Source of the DNA: Plasmodiophora brassicae
Taxonomy: Eukaryota
Direction: 5' to 3'
DNA: 64,000 bases
NCBI GenBank assembly: GCA_036867785.1
Contig: CP145419.1
Span: 930,001-994,000 of the forward strand
Shown: piece after piece, positions 11,814 to 23,737 of the stretch
Numbering within the stretch: the first letter of the stretch is position 1
Layout of the letters: each line of letters starts with the position of its first letter
Position numbers and translations under genes: made by a program
Notes under the pieces: generated by a model
Databases searched by the model: none
What the model was told of the DNA's origin: nothing
What the model saw: only the letters and a program-made list of their open reading frames with translations

Positions 11814-13319
11814 TTAGGACGACAGTGGGACAATGTAGGCGACGATGGCGGCGTAGTGCAGCGAGGAGCCCAGCAGGACCCAGAGGTGCCAGACGATGTG
11901 CATGGCGGGTGTGGTGGCACCCTTCACGAGGAAGGCGACGCCGACCGTGTACGCGATGCCGCCGTGCAGGACGAGGAGCATGGCGGGCTGCGGGATCAGC
12001 CCCGACCGGACAATGGGGACCCCCGCGATGACGCACATCCATCCCATGGCGAGGTACAGCGCCGTCGACAGCCAGTCGAAATGCTTGTGCCCGCGCATGA
12101 ACGTCGTCAGGAAGATGCCGACCAGGGCCAGCAGCCAGATCCCCAACAGCATCGGGTTCGCGATCTCGGGTCGCGACCGCAACGATATCACGAGGAACGG
12201 CGTGTACGACCCGGCAATCAGCATGAACACGCTGCCATGGTCGAGGTACTTGAAGAAGCGCTTCGCGGCCCGCAACTTGAACAGCGAGTGGTACAGGGTC
12301 GAGCTCAGGTCTGTGCCGGCCAGACGTTAGACCCCCGGCGGTGGCCACGTGCGAACGAGAAGGAATCCGGCGTACACGTCAGGCACAGTGCGAACGCGTA
12401 CGGGACGGTGCCGACGAGGTTCCGCGTGTCCCGCGTTTGCCAGGCGCGCCGAATCAGGAACCAGGACCCGATCATGGCGAACAGCAGGCCGACGCCGTGC
12501 GTGACCGAGTTGAGGATCTCGTGGACGTACAGGTTGCTCTCGGTATCAACTGGTGCATTCCTGGGTCAAACATGGACGCTGGCGATGGGCGCAACGCAAC
12601 GCCGGCAGACATACCCTCGAAGGCGCACCCGACCGACTGGATGGCAAACACGCTGGCCATGCCCAGCTGGTTGGACGACAGGTCCAGGGATTTGAGTCGC
12701 GACGCCGGATTCCGGAGGACATCTGCGGCGGAAACGGCGCGGGTCAGCACCGCCGACGGAACCGCCCCCGACGTGAGCGCGCGCACACCCAATATCATCG
12801 ACGTCAGCGAGCCGCCCAGGTGGCATCGGCGCAGGTTGACGTGCTCGAGCGGGCAGTCGCCCGTGGCCATGTACTCGAGCAACGGGGCCGCCGCCTGCGG
12901 TCCAATACGGGATCCCTGTACGTATCGTACGTCGATCAGGCGCGCGTTGCCGGAGACGCGGTGGCGGTGCGCACCTCCAGGTCGAGGCGGACGACGGACG
13001 GCAGGCGGCGCAGGCAGTCGACGAGCAGGCCGGCAACGGCGACGCCGAGGCGCGCGTGCGCCAGGTGCAACTCCTGGACCTGCGTCGCCAACGGCAACGC
13101 CTGCAGCAGCGGCAGCAGATCCAGCGCCTGCAGGTGCCGGTCCGGGACGATCGCCCTGCTGCCCATCAGCAGCGACGCCGCGATGCCTGTTGCGGGTGGC
13201 CGTCAGCGGCACCCCATCGACGACGGCAACGGCAACGACAACGGACCAGCGTTGACGTCGACCTTGTACCGGTGGCACTGCTCAACGTAGACGCTGGCCG
13301 CATCGGACACCTTCGCCAT
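11814..13319 (-). CDS. N-terminal LRR (RI-like) domain fused to a hemolysin III/PAQR 7TM domain
   Basis: LRR motifs VQELHLAHARLG, LEHVNLRRCHLG and LKSLDLSSNQLG. Intron 12614-12550 joins CAFE|VDTESNLYVHEILNSVTHG in frame. The PAQR metal-binding motifs YHS, LDH and H-x-x-W-H follow. Confidence 0.8.
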
Positions 13320-13393
13320 CGACGACCGCCGGTCCCCGACCGCGCTCAAAATAGCAATGCGCGCGCCCAGCAGCATCATCATCACCATCATCA

Positions 13394-14242
13394 TCATCGT
13401 TGCCAGCGCGCGATGACGTCGTCGAGGAAGCGCTGAACGCGCGGCGACCGACGCGTGCCAGCGCGCAGGACGATGGCGATCGATGCGATCCAGGCGCGAC
13501 TGTCGTCGTCCTCGTCGCCGGCCGCCGTACAGGCCGACAACGCCGCACACATGGCGTCGTCGAACGACGCGCCGTCGTCGTCGTCGTCGTCGTCCGGCGG
13601 GGCACGCCGTTGCCGGGCGACCGCGGCGCCGGCCAGGATCGGCAGGGCGTAGCGGCGCAGGAGCGCACCGGAGCGCAGGAGCGCGCCGACGGCCCGCACG
13701 ACGCTCGCGTCGATCCGGACGGTCGGCGGGGCGTCGTGCCGGCGCAGGGCGTCGGCGACGACGGCGCAGGCGAGCACGCGCGTCTCGACGGAGAACGCGA
13801 ACCCGTCGTCGCGGACGACGTCGAGCGTACGCGACGGGGCTGCACCCGACAGGATCCGCTCGACGACGCCGGCGCCGCCGACGTGGACGCACCGCAGCAG
13901 GCAGTGCAGGACGTACCCGGCGGCGTCGTCGTTGTCGTCGCCGACCTGGACGGGCAGGACGTGGCAGAGCGCGTCGGCGACGCCGCGGACGCTCCAGCAG
14001 GGGCGGCGGTCCGTCCAGAGCGCGGCCGACAGCGTCCGACAGGCGGCGGTCGCCAGGTCGCGCGACGTCGTGCTGGCCGCGATCCACAGCAGCTTCTGGA
14101 GATGGTCGTCGGCGAGCGCGCCGATCGGCAGGGCGGGCACGACAACGCCGAGCACGGCGGGGTCGTACGACGCCAGCAGCAGGTCGCAGACATCGACGGC
14201 CCGCCGCTCGTCCACGCCGTCGTCGGCACCGCCGTCGCCCAT
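13394..14242 (-). CDS. Hypothetical ARM/HEAT-like helical protein
   Basis: Intronless ORF of about 282 aa, rich in Leu/Ala/Val amphipathic helices. Family not recognised. Confidence 0.5.
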   Translation of the reverse strand: MGDGGADDGVDERRAVDVCDLLLASYDPAVLGVVVPALPIGALADDHLQKLLWIAASTTSRDLATAACRTLSAALWTDRRPCWSVRGVADALCHVLPVQVGDDNDDAAGYVLHCLLRCVHVGGAGVVERILSGAAPSRTLDVVRDDGFAFSVETRVLACAVVADALRRHDAPPTVRIDASVVRAVGALLRSGALLRRYALPILAGAAVARQRRAPPDDDDDDDGASFDDAMCAALSACTAAGDEDDDSRAWIASIAIVLRAGTRRSPRVQRFLDDVIARWQR

Positions 14243-14597
14243 CGCACGCACTTGCTGATTGTACATACAATATATGACACGGCGCCCTAACCCTGCAGCT
14301 CCCGCGTGACGCGACTATATGACTGGTCGCCCTAATCTCCGCCGACGTACCCAATTGGTATAGGTACCGTCATCTCGACGAGGCAGCCCTGTGCTGTGTG
14401 ACGCGCGACGAACACTGGCGTGACCCGCATCAGGGAATATCTCGGGCGAGGCGCTACTCAGCCACTCATGTACTTCACTCTGTGACATCGAGCACTGGCG
14501 AAACGCACGTTGGAGAAGAATATCTCGGGTGAGACGCTCTGGAGGCGGTCGGTCCCAGTGTATCCCTGTTGAGGACAGCGACGTCGCCATTCCAAAG

Positions 14598-16217
14598 ATG
14601 GGCGCTCGCGTCGGTCTGCTTCTCATCGTCGTGCTCGGCATCGCCGTCGCCCAGGAGTGCACGGAGCCGCCTCGGGATGACCGGCGGTGCGGGGCAGCGT
14701 TCGGCAATGCACGGTGCAGGCCCGGGCAGTGCTGCTCGCGGGTATGCACGTTCCGTCGCAGGCGCGCGCCGTTCGCTCCGGCTGACCCGTGTCGCGCCAG
14801 AACGGCCGCTGCGGGTCGTCGTCGTCGCATTGCAACCCCAGATCGCGATGCGCGCGAGAACCGGCCGTCGTCTCGGAGGCTGCCGTTTGTTCGGCGCCGC
14901 CCTTGACGTCAGGCCGGTGCGGTCCCGATTTCGGCAACGCCGGGTGCAGCGATGGCGAATGCTGTTCACCGGTACGCGATCGCCGCGTGTCTCGTCGTGT
15001 CTGACCGGCCGCTGACGACATCGTAATCGCAGAGTGCCTGGTGCGGAACGACGCCTGCCCATTGCAATTCGCGGTCCCTGTGTCCAGCGGCAACGACGAC
15101 GCCGGCTGTCCAACCACAGCGCCAGCAGCACCAGCATCAGCGACCAAGTCGACGACAGGCGTCGAGTTCGGACGGTCCGATCCGCGCCATGTCGTCGTGT
15201 GGCAACAGCAGGCGCATGGTGGCGCTGACGTTCGACGACGGCCCGACGCCGGGGGCCACCGAGCCCATCCTGGAAGTCCTCGCGGACCACAACATCAAGG
15301 CGACGTTCTACCTCACCGAGGACAACACCGGCCCGGCCGGCTGCCCGCTGATCCGGCGCCTGCTTCGCGAAGGGCACATGATCGCGCATCACAGGTCGGT
15401 CGCGGCGTCATCCGTCACCAGAACAGACGCTGACACATCCACCGGCGCAGCAAGTCGCACCCGCAGTTCAACCTGCCATCGACGAACCTTCGCCGGGAGA
15501 TGGAATCGCCGGTGGCCTGGATCGCCGCGTGCGGCGTCGACCCGGTAAGCTGCATTGCAGCGTGCGCCGTCGCTGTCTGCCGCGCCGTGCCGACCCGTGC
15601 CGCGTGACAGGGGCTGGTCACGCACTTCAGGCCGCCGTACGGGCAGCTGCGCGATGATCAGGTCCAGGAGATATCCGGGCGCATGGGTAGGCGACGTTAT
15701 GGGCGCTGCTAGGCCCCATCCACTGCTGCCTATAACGCGTATCGCAGGGTTCGTGATCGACCTGTGGAACGTGGAGACGATGGACTCGGATGACGGCAAC
15801 ACGAACCAGGAGTCGATCGAGAACGTGAAGCGCGCCATGCGCACCATTGGTATGGGCGTGTCGCCGTTGTCGTTTACCGCCCGGTCGTCTCTCATGTCAA
15901 CGCTGCGAACAGGAGTGGGCAACAGCGCCGTTGTACTCATGCACGACTACGCGGAAGGGCCCCGGATCGTCGACGCCCCAGGTTGGTAGTGTACTCTCGC
16001 CCGGGCGACGCGGCGCTGTCTGACGGCCGGCACAGACGGGAACGCGCTCGTGCAGATCATCGAGTACTTCCGGTCGCTCCGGTACAGGTTCGTGCGGATG
16101 GACGAGTGCTACGCGCAGTGTGACGCGCCGAGGTGCTTCGGCAACGGCGGTCCCACCCACTGGGCCAGCGTGTTCGACCCCGACCCCAACGGCGTCGGCA
16201 CGTTCCCCGCCGAATAG
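14598..16217 (+). CDS. Secreted chitin deacetylase: two CBM18 (hevein) modules plus a CE4/NodB domain
   Basis: Signal peptide MGARVGLLLIVVLGIAVAQ. Hevein-like RCGAAFGNARCRPGQCCS|..CG....C and RCGPDFGNAGCSDGECCS|..WCG....C. CE4 motifs ALTFDDGP, HS..H, FRPPY and VLMHD. About seven short introns. Confidence 0.9.
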
Positions 16218-16344
16218 CCGGCCCCGACGCCTGTTCCAGAACGAAATACACGTACGTCGTACAGCGGGGAGCGGTGGGCCCCCAATCCAGGGGGGATCAA
16301 CGTCGTATTCGCAAATGGGAACAATAAGGTGTGCACCGGCCGGG

Positions 16345-18846
16345 CTACCGGCTGGCCCCGCCCGCAGACGCCGCCCGGGACGCCTTGGCGGCCTCCTCCT
16401 CGATCTTGATCTCGGCCTTCTCGATCAGCATGTCCAGGTGCGGCTTGACGTGCGGCCACAGGCGCACCAGGGCGGCCTTGCAGGCGTACCCGGAGTTGAT
16501 GCCGACGCCCATCGAGTACATGGGCCCGAAGCCCCGGTCCCAGAACGCCACCAGCATCAGCAGGTCGGGGCCGGAGCGGAACGCGCCCTTGGTCGCGTTC
16601 AGGCGGCACCTGCGGAAACGGGTGCGGCGGTCAGAGCGAAACAGGAGCGGGACAGGGGCGTCACGCGCACGTACCGCCAGAACTTGAGGCGGAACTCGGC
16701 GTCGATTCGCGACTTGAGCATGCAGAGCGCGTTGATCGGCTTCTTGGACCACTGCGTCTCGAACCAGGGGCGCAGCGGCGTCGAGTCCCAGGGCGTGTAC
16801 GGCTCGAAGTGCAGCAGGCCGGGGACCGGGTCCGGCTCGGGCATCGACTCGGCGTGCTGGGGCGTGACCAGCCCCTCGATCGAGACCGAGTCGGCCAGGG
16901 ACGCGCCCCGAACGTACCGCGACAGGAACGACTGGCAATTGCCCAGCGACTCGGTCGACGACATGGGCGCCTTGGCATCGTCCGCCATGGCGCGCGCGTC
17001 GTCATCCTCGGCAATGGCGCCGTCTTCCTCCGCAATGGCCCCGTCTTCCTCCACGATGACACCACCGTCCTCCTCCTGCTTGTCGACCGCCATGCGCGAC
17101 GCGCCGTTCCCGTCGGCATCGGAATCCAGGTCGCCGTACAGGTCGACGACGGCCGGGACCGCGGGCGCAGGAGGGCGGCTGTCGTTCGCTCTCGCGGGCG
17201 CAGGCGCCGGCGGTGTCCCAGGGTCGTTCGTGGCGCCCTCCTCGATGACCTCGATGCGCGACGACGACACCGACAGGACGCGCTGTCGATTCGACACGAT
17301 CGTCGCGATCGCCTTCTTCAGCGACCGGTCCGCATCGCGAACGTCGTCGGCGTGCATCTCGGTCGAGCGGCGCGGGCGCTTGCGCAGCGACGTGACGGGC
17401 GCCGGCTGCATCTTGTCGATCCGGACGTTGTAGTACGCCAGGACGCGCGCCGACACGTCGTCCTTGGCGGCCTTCTTGCTCGGCTTCGGGTCGCCCTTGA
17501 TCACGACGGGCGGGTCGCTGCCGGGCATCGTGAAGATGCCCCGGAAGGCGCCGGACAGGGTGACGTCCTCCGACGACGTCACGTTGACAACGTCGACGGT
17601 CTTGGCGGGGAACGCAATCCTCCTCGTCATCTGCAGCCATTCGTGCAGCAGCGCGCTGGGCGGCTTCTGCAGCGGCTCGTTCATCAGCGCCTGCGCTGGC
17701 GCCGGCGCCATCGTCGTCGTCGTCGTCGTCGACACCACGTTCATCGCGGTCGGGGCGACGGACGGCGCCGGCGGCGCTTCCTGCGAGTGCCGCGTGAACG
17801 CCAGCGACATGTCGACGTCCAGGTGCTTCAGGACCATCTTGGCGACGGCGTCGCGCGCCTGCTTCTTGGACGGGAACGCGTCGCTCCGCATGACGAGGTC
17901 GGGGCGCAGGCCGGGCACGTCGCGACAGTCGACGCCGTCGGGAACGGAGAACTCGGCGACGAACTGGGACGCGCCGAGCACGCCCGACTGCGTCCCGTCG
18001 ACGACCCAGGTCGTGATCGTCCGTGCCGGGTACGCCATGCGGACGCGCGACTGAAGGAACTCGAACAGCGCCTGCGACGGGTTCTTGTGCCCGATCACTT
18101 CGCCGGCCGGCGCGCTGCCGCTGGCGAACGACGCGTACAGCTTGTCGGTGCTCGTGTGGGCGCTGCTCGTCACCGCCTCCTCGATGGCGTCCAGGATCTC
18201 GTACGTGACCGTCGCCAGGCGCGGCGTCAGGTGGATCTCCTCCTGCGGCTGCGTCTTGGAATTATCGCGGAGGAAGCACCGCCCGATGATGGCCTCGACC
18301 GCCGTACCCTGCGCGACGCGCCACGTCAGAACCAATACACATCCAGTGGGACGAGGGCGTCACGACAGGAACGCGGACTGGCTCGTCATCAGAGCCCCCC
18401 ACCCCACCCCGGTTCGTGTCGCATTCGACATAATGCTATGTCTGGATGGGCGGCCCAGACATAGGACATTGCCGAATGCCGAGTGGGGTGCACAGCGACC
18501 GGGACAGGGCGGGGTCAGCCACCCCAACTACGCCCGAGCATACCTTTTCGTGGATGGACGCCCCTTCCCATTCGTGCTGCGACAGGTACCTTGGGACGAC
18601 GAACGGGTGGCCGATCAGCGCCAGCGTCTCGTTGCTGACCATGGTGCCGCGCAGCATGGTCAGGCGCCCCTCGCTCTTGGCGTCGTACCGTTTCAGCAGG
18701 CGCCAGTACAGCATGATGTCCAGGAGCTTGTCGCCGATGAGCGCCTCGACCTCGGCGGTCCCATCGCCGCCCAGCGACCGCAGGCGGATCGGGTCAGATT
18801 GCTCCGGCGCGACCACGGTCATCGCCGGCGACGCGGACAGATCCAT
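16345..18846 (-). CDS. RNase III (Mini-III-like) domain protein with two clear and one degenerate dsRBD
   Basis: EALIGDKLLDI, EGRLTMLRGTMVSNETLA and K|GTAVEAIIG across intron 18543-18309. dsRBD-like segments: KNPSQALFEFLQ...FPSKKQARDAVAKMVL, KPPSALLHEWLQ...PSKKAAKDDVSARVL and KKPINALCML...GVGINSGYACKAALVRL. Confidence 0.78.
18400..18490 (-). ncRNA. Candidate intronic pre-miRNA-like hairpin
   Basis: Paired blocks 18436-18445/18455-18464 (10 bp perfect), 18432-18435/18467-18470, 18421-18429/18471-18479 (one G-U on the transcribed minus strand) and 18400-18407/18483-18490. Confidence 0.45.
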
Positions 18847-19101
18847 GGCAACGACGACGGACGACGACGCCGCCAACTGCGTTCTGCTCCCAGCGAGCGA
18901 CGACGAGGCGCGGCACTGGCGCGCACTTTCCGTGCCCGGCGCATTCTGTGTGCGTCAGTCACGGCATTATTGTCAAGTGGCAGCAGCCCACCGGCTGCCC
19001 CCGGGGCATGATGCATCGGGAACATCGGTCGTCGGTCTGCAGGCGGCGGCGATGGTTTTTGTCATTTCGGTTTTTGGTGAGCGGGAGGGTGGGCGACGGG
19101 G

Positions 19102-21909
19102 ATGGCGGCGTCGCTGGGCGGCGCGTCGGCGTTCCTGGCGGACCTGCCGGGGTCGTCGATGGTGCTGGCGCTGCAGGACCTGTCCGTCGTCGTGGACGCG
19201 GCCGCGATCGCCTGGGTCGTGTTCAACCTGCGCGGCCGGGCCGTCAACGTTGTCAACACGGACCTGGTCGCGCAGGCGCAGCAAGTTCGGTGCCAGGCGT
19301 GTTCGCCGAATGCGACAGTCGGCTCTGACGCGCTGCCATTCGGCAGGCCTTCGCCAGGCTCGACGACCTGATCAAGCAGCGCGCAGTCAAGCTCGTGATG
19401 TTTGCGTCGGGCAAACCGGGAACGTTCATAGCCGGTGCGGCAGTCGCAGCCAGTTACTGGGCAGGTCGCTCATCTGGAACGCGTCATTACAGGGGCCGAT
19501 ATTGACCAAATCTACCCAAACGTCGACCTGAATGCTGCCGTCGAGGTTTGCTGTCCGCTGTCCGACCCCGCAGGTGCTGTTCTCTGACCTGCCTATTAGG
19601 CTTCAAAGAGCGGCCAAGCGACGTTCGCGAAGATCGCACAGCTTCCCGTTGTCACGGTTGGTGCCTCAGTCGGATCGCGGCTCCCCATCGTCGGTTCACA
19701 GAATGATCTGCTAGGTGTGTGCGATTAACGGCGCCGCGCTAGGCGGTGGTCTTGAACTCGCCCTGGCGTGCGATTATCGCGTCGTCTGGGACTCTCCCAA
19801 GGTCCAGCTCGGACTGCCCGAAGTTAAGCTCGGCCTGCTTCCTGGAGCCGGCGGCACGGTCCGGTTGCCGCGCCTTGTGGGCCTGCAAGCGGCACTAGGC
19901 ATGATCCTGGCCGGCGGGTCGATTCGCCCTCAGAAAGCGTTGGCAATGGGGCTGGTCGATGAGATCGTCTCATCGGGCCCCGGAGTCCTTTCTGAGGCTG
20001 GGTTCTTTCTTGGCGTCCGAGACATTGCCATCCGCATGATTGACGGAAACGTATCGAAGCGCTCCGATACGCCTGCCTCCTCACTATCGTTTCAGGTTTT
20101 CTTCGCCACCAAGACGTTGATTGCGCGAATCCTGATCGAATTTATGTCAGGATCGTTTCTTGAATGACACCTCGGTGGGTCGTTGGGTCGTTGCGCGTCA
20201 AGCTGCTGCGTCGCTGGATCGGATGACGCGTGGCCAGTACCCTGCACCGTACCTGGCGCTGGACAGCGCCGTGCACGGTATGTCTGTTGACCTGCAGGCA
20301 GCGCTGGACTATGAGGCAGCGCTGTTTGGGCGACTGGCTGTGTCCCCTGAATCCAAATCGCTGATCGCGCTCTTTCGCGCTACTGAGAACAACAAGAAAC
20401 GGGGAGCGTCCAGTGCTGCACCTCGGACTCGTGTACGCAAGGTCGGCATCATTGGCGCTGGCGTGATGGGCGCTCAAATCGCGGGCATCTGCATCGGCAG
20501 AGGGTTCCACGTTTATCTTCGTGACATCAATCCGTCCATCGCTGAGAATGGCCTGCGTTTCGCCATTGAATCCGTGAGGCGGCCGCCCCCGAATATTAAA
20601 GACGTACGGTTTGCAGTGCGGCGCTTTATACGTCCAGATTCTGACGCCATTCGTTGTAGTTGATTTCTGCTGGGACTTCCATCGACGGGTTTCGAGACTG
20701 CGACGTTGTCATTGAAGCGGCCGTCGAGAGAATGGACCTCAAGCAGAAAATCCTCGCTGACGTGGAAGACGTGCTGTCTCCTCGTGCGGTGTTTGCAACG
20801 AACACGTCATCGCTGTCCATTGACACGCTGTCGAACGGGGCGCGGCGTCCCGGGCAAGTCTGCGGCATGCATTTCTTCAACCCGGTGCAGAGGATGCCGC
20901 TGGTGGAGGTGATCCGTGGCAAGAAATCGAGCGTACGGTCGTGTTCCAGGTTGGCCATGCCTATGTCTTACCAGTGCCATGTTTGTCAGAAAGAAGCTAT
21001 CGCGCTCGTGTACAAGCTCGCTCTTGACTTGGGCAAGACGCCCTGCGTCTGGTAGGTGGATGCAAGGCGATCCTTCGCCGAACCGTGCTGACCGGTCGAA
21101 CGTAGCCGCGATGGGCCGGGCTTTATCGTGAACCGCATCCTCGGGATCTATATGAACGAGGCGGGGATCCTGGCGATGGAGGGGACGCCGATCGCTGCGA
21201 TCGACAAGGCGCTACTCGATTTCGGCATGCCAATGGGCCCATTCCGCCTCATGGATGAAGGTTGCACGATGTCTCGTTCCGATTCAGCACGGGCTGATTT
21301 CGTGACTGTCTAGTTGGCCTGGACGTCGCCGCTCACGTCGGGCCAATCCTGGAATCCGGCCTCGGTGCCAGGTTCAAACAGGTCGGCCCATTTGCCGGCA
21401 TTCTTCGCGGGAAGGGTGACGGCAAGAGACTGGGCAAGAAGACCGGTGCAGGGTTCTACCTGTACGACAGGAACGGCAAGACCGACCCATCGCGTCTCAA
21501 TCCGTCAATGATGGACGAGGTGGAACGTGCCACTAACAAGCCGCGTCATGTGTCGTCAAGCGCAGACGTCGTCGACCGGTGCATATTGGTGGCTCTCCAG
21601 GAAGCGTGCCACATACTTCAGGATGGCATTTGCGGCAGCGCGGAAGAGCTCGACCTTGCCATGGTGTTTGGCACCGGTTTCGCCCCGTTCCGAGGTGGGC
21701 TACTGAACTACGCCGATCAACTCGGCGCCAAAGAAGTCGTCCAGCGCCTCGCTGCGCTGTCAGAGAAGGTCAGTGCGGTTAGGTTCAAGCCGCACGCCAC
21801 GCTGACAGAGATGGCTGCCAACGATGGCAAATTCTTCCCGGACCGTCCACTTGGGACGACTCCTGTCGGCCCATTGCCGCGTTCTGCGATTCGCATAAAC
21901 AAACTATGA
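19102..21909 (+). CDS. Multifunctional beta-oxidation enzyme (enoyl-CoA hydratase / 3-hydroxyacyl-CoA dehydrogenase), HADHA/FadJ-like
   Basis: [86 protein letters not shown] and GFAPFRGG over many exons. Ends in -NKL. Confidence 0.93.
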
Positions 21910-21943
21910 AGCGGGGCACCCGACATGTTCATCTCCGGCTGTT

Positions 21944-22947
21944 TCATTCGATCTTGAGGTCGCACAGTTCCTGCCGGCGCTGTTCCGAGACGTCGTGGTC
22001 AGCAAAGGATTGCGTTGTTCCTGGGTGACTGACGACGACTCCGCTGACCTGGTCGATTTCTTTGGCAATGACGGGCGCGACGTCCAGGAACGACTTCTCG
22101 CCGATCGAGGCCATCTGTTTCAGGAACTCCTCGCGCTCCTTGATCTCGGTTATGACTACGACGCAAACCGGTTAGCCACGATACGCGGCGATGAAACGCC
22201 ATCCCACGTACTTGCTGAGCGAAGCTGGAGTTTCCCCTCACGTGGCGACCAGCAAACATTGGAACCCGTGCGCCGAGAACGATTCCGCTTGACTCTAGCG
22301 TCTTCGTCGTCGTTATCGTTGCCAGCGAACTGCTTCTGCAGGTCCCGAATCACCTCTTCACGCGGCTTCCGAGCTTTGCATCGGTCATGTCAGTATAGCG
22401 GCATGAGACGCGTAGCACCGGCTACTGACGATGCACCAGCGGTGGACGGCGCTTGTCGCGGTCAAAGTCGATCTTCATCTGGACCTGTATATCGCGGGCC
22501 GTCCGCCGGCCTGCGCCCATCGGGAACCGGGCGCAGTCCTCATCAGACCCCGACCGCTTGACAGGCTTGGGGACCTTGACGTGCACGCGACGGTATTCAG
22601 GTTTCAGGCTCTTCAGGTGCTCCTCTGTATTCCCAACCACTTAGACGAGGAATACAAGTACGCGGCATGCCACGAACCGTGCGGGTCTTTGGGAGCTCCG
22701 GAGCGGATTCTGACGTTAGGCTGGTATGCACGACGACTACAATTAAAGTGTATCAGGCCTAGTACATATATATGGAGCATGTGCGAACAGACCTGTTCTG
22801 GGCGTTATAAATCGCATAGACCAGTTTACCCGCCTCCGTATGCCTGTTGTTTAGGAATCAACGCTCGACACGAATTACGGAGCAGCCACGATCATGGTGG
22901 CACCTTCCAAACGACGAGTACGCGTCGGAGACACTTGGGCTCGTCAT
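21944..22947 (-). CDS. UPF0193 (EVG1/C22orf23)-like protein
   Basis: The spliced C-terminus reads QEREEFLKQMASIG...VIAKEIDQ|RRQELCDLKIE*, resembling the UPF0193 C-terminal motif from memory. 5' exons are tentative. Confidence 0.5.
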
Positions 22948-23737
22948 CCTCGTAGAGCGTCGACCACGACGTCAATTAGCCATCATCGATCAGCTAACCG
23001 TACCTAACCTGACGGCTCCCACGAAAACGAATATGGAAATAGGGCATTCAGGGCATAATTAACGAGGAGATCGACAGACTGGCCAAACGAGCGACAAAGA
23101 AGTGCTTGAGAGGTACCGCACACGTCCTTCCCCTGACGTCATTTAAACCCCACCCGCGATGGATGGAAGCTGAACGATATGAAAGCAAGTGAAAAGACTA
23201 CTCGGCCAACCGATATCCGATACGTACCTTGATAACGCATGCGTTTATAAAATATCGCGCACTGAGAATGTTAACGGCACAGTTCGTACGTCAACCATAG
23301 TCCTCATAGGAACAGATCGCGTCGCCGACCAGAGCGCTGTCACCGCGCGAGGTCGCGTACCCGGCTCTGCGATCCCTCTCATTTGTCGGTCAGTGAAGGG
23401 CGCCATCGATCAACGCAGGCAAGGTCAGTCTTGCTGATCACGAACGTGCAGAGATCCTCAGCTGGCAACGTCTCCGCGAGGAGTTCCCCCTTACACTCGT
23501 CCTATGAGGAATGTGGTGATGGCGTCATGGCGTCATGGCGTCTACGTAATCAGCCATCAACGTCCAGCAGTATGCGATAGGATGTTGACGGTATCGTATT
23601 GCGCTTTGCGGGCATTCGATTTCCGAATAATGATGTACGCGAAACAAAACGCGCACGCAGCCTGCCGCTGGGTTTGCGGACTGTCTGCAAGTCAATTATT
23701 GCACGCGCGGCGCATTTCTCATTCGACCAGACTGAGT

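Noticed and set aside
18326-18391. Possible box C/D snoRNA (TGATGA...CTGA on the minus strand) in the RNase III intron
   Set aside because: The putative D box coincides with the CTGAC branch point next to the acceptor, and I see no terminal stem or recognisable rRNA guide.
1-19500. Many long overlapping or antisense ORFs rich in Arg/Pro/Ala
   Set aside because: These are expected shadows of high-GC coding sequence with few stop codons, and they carry no domain motifs.
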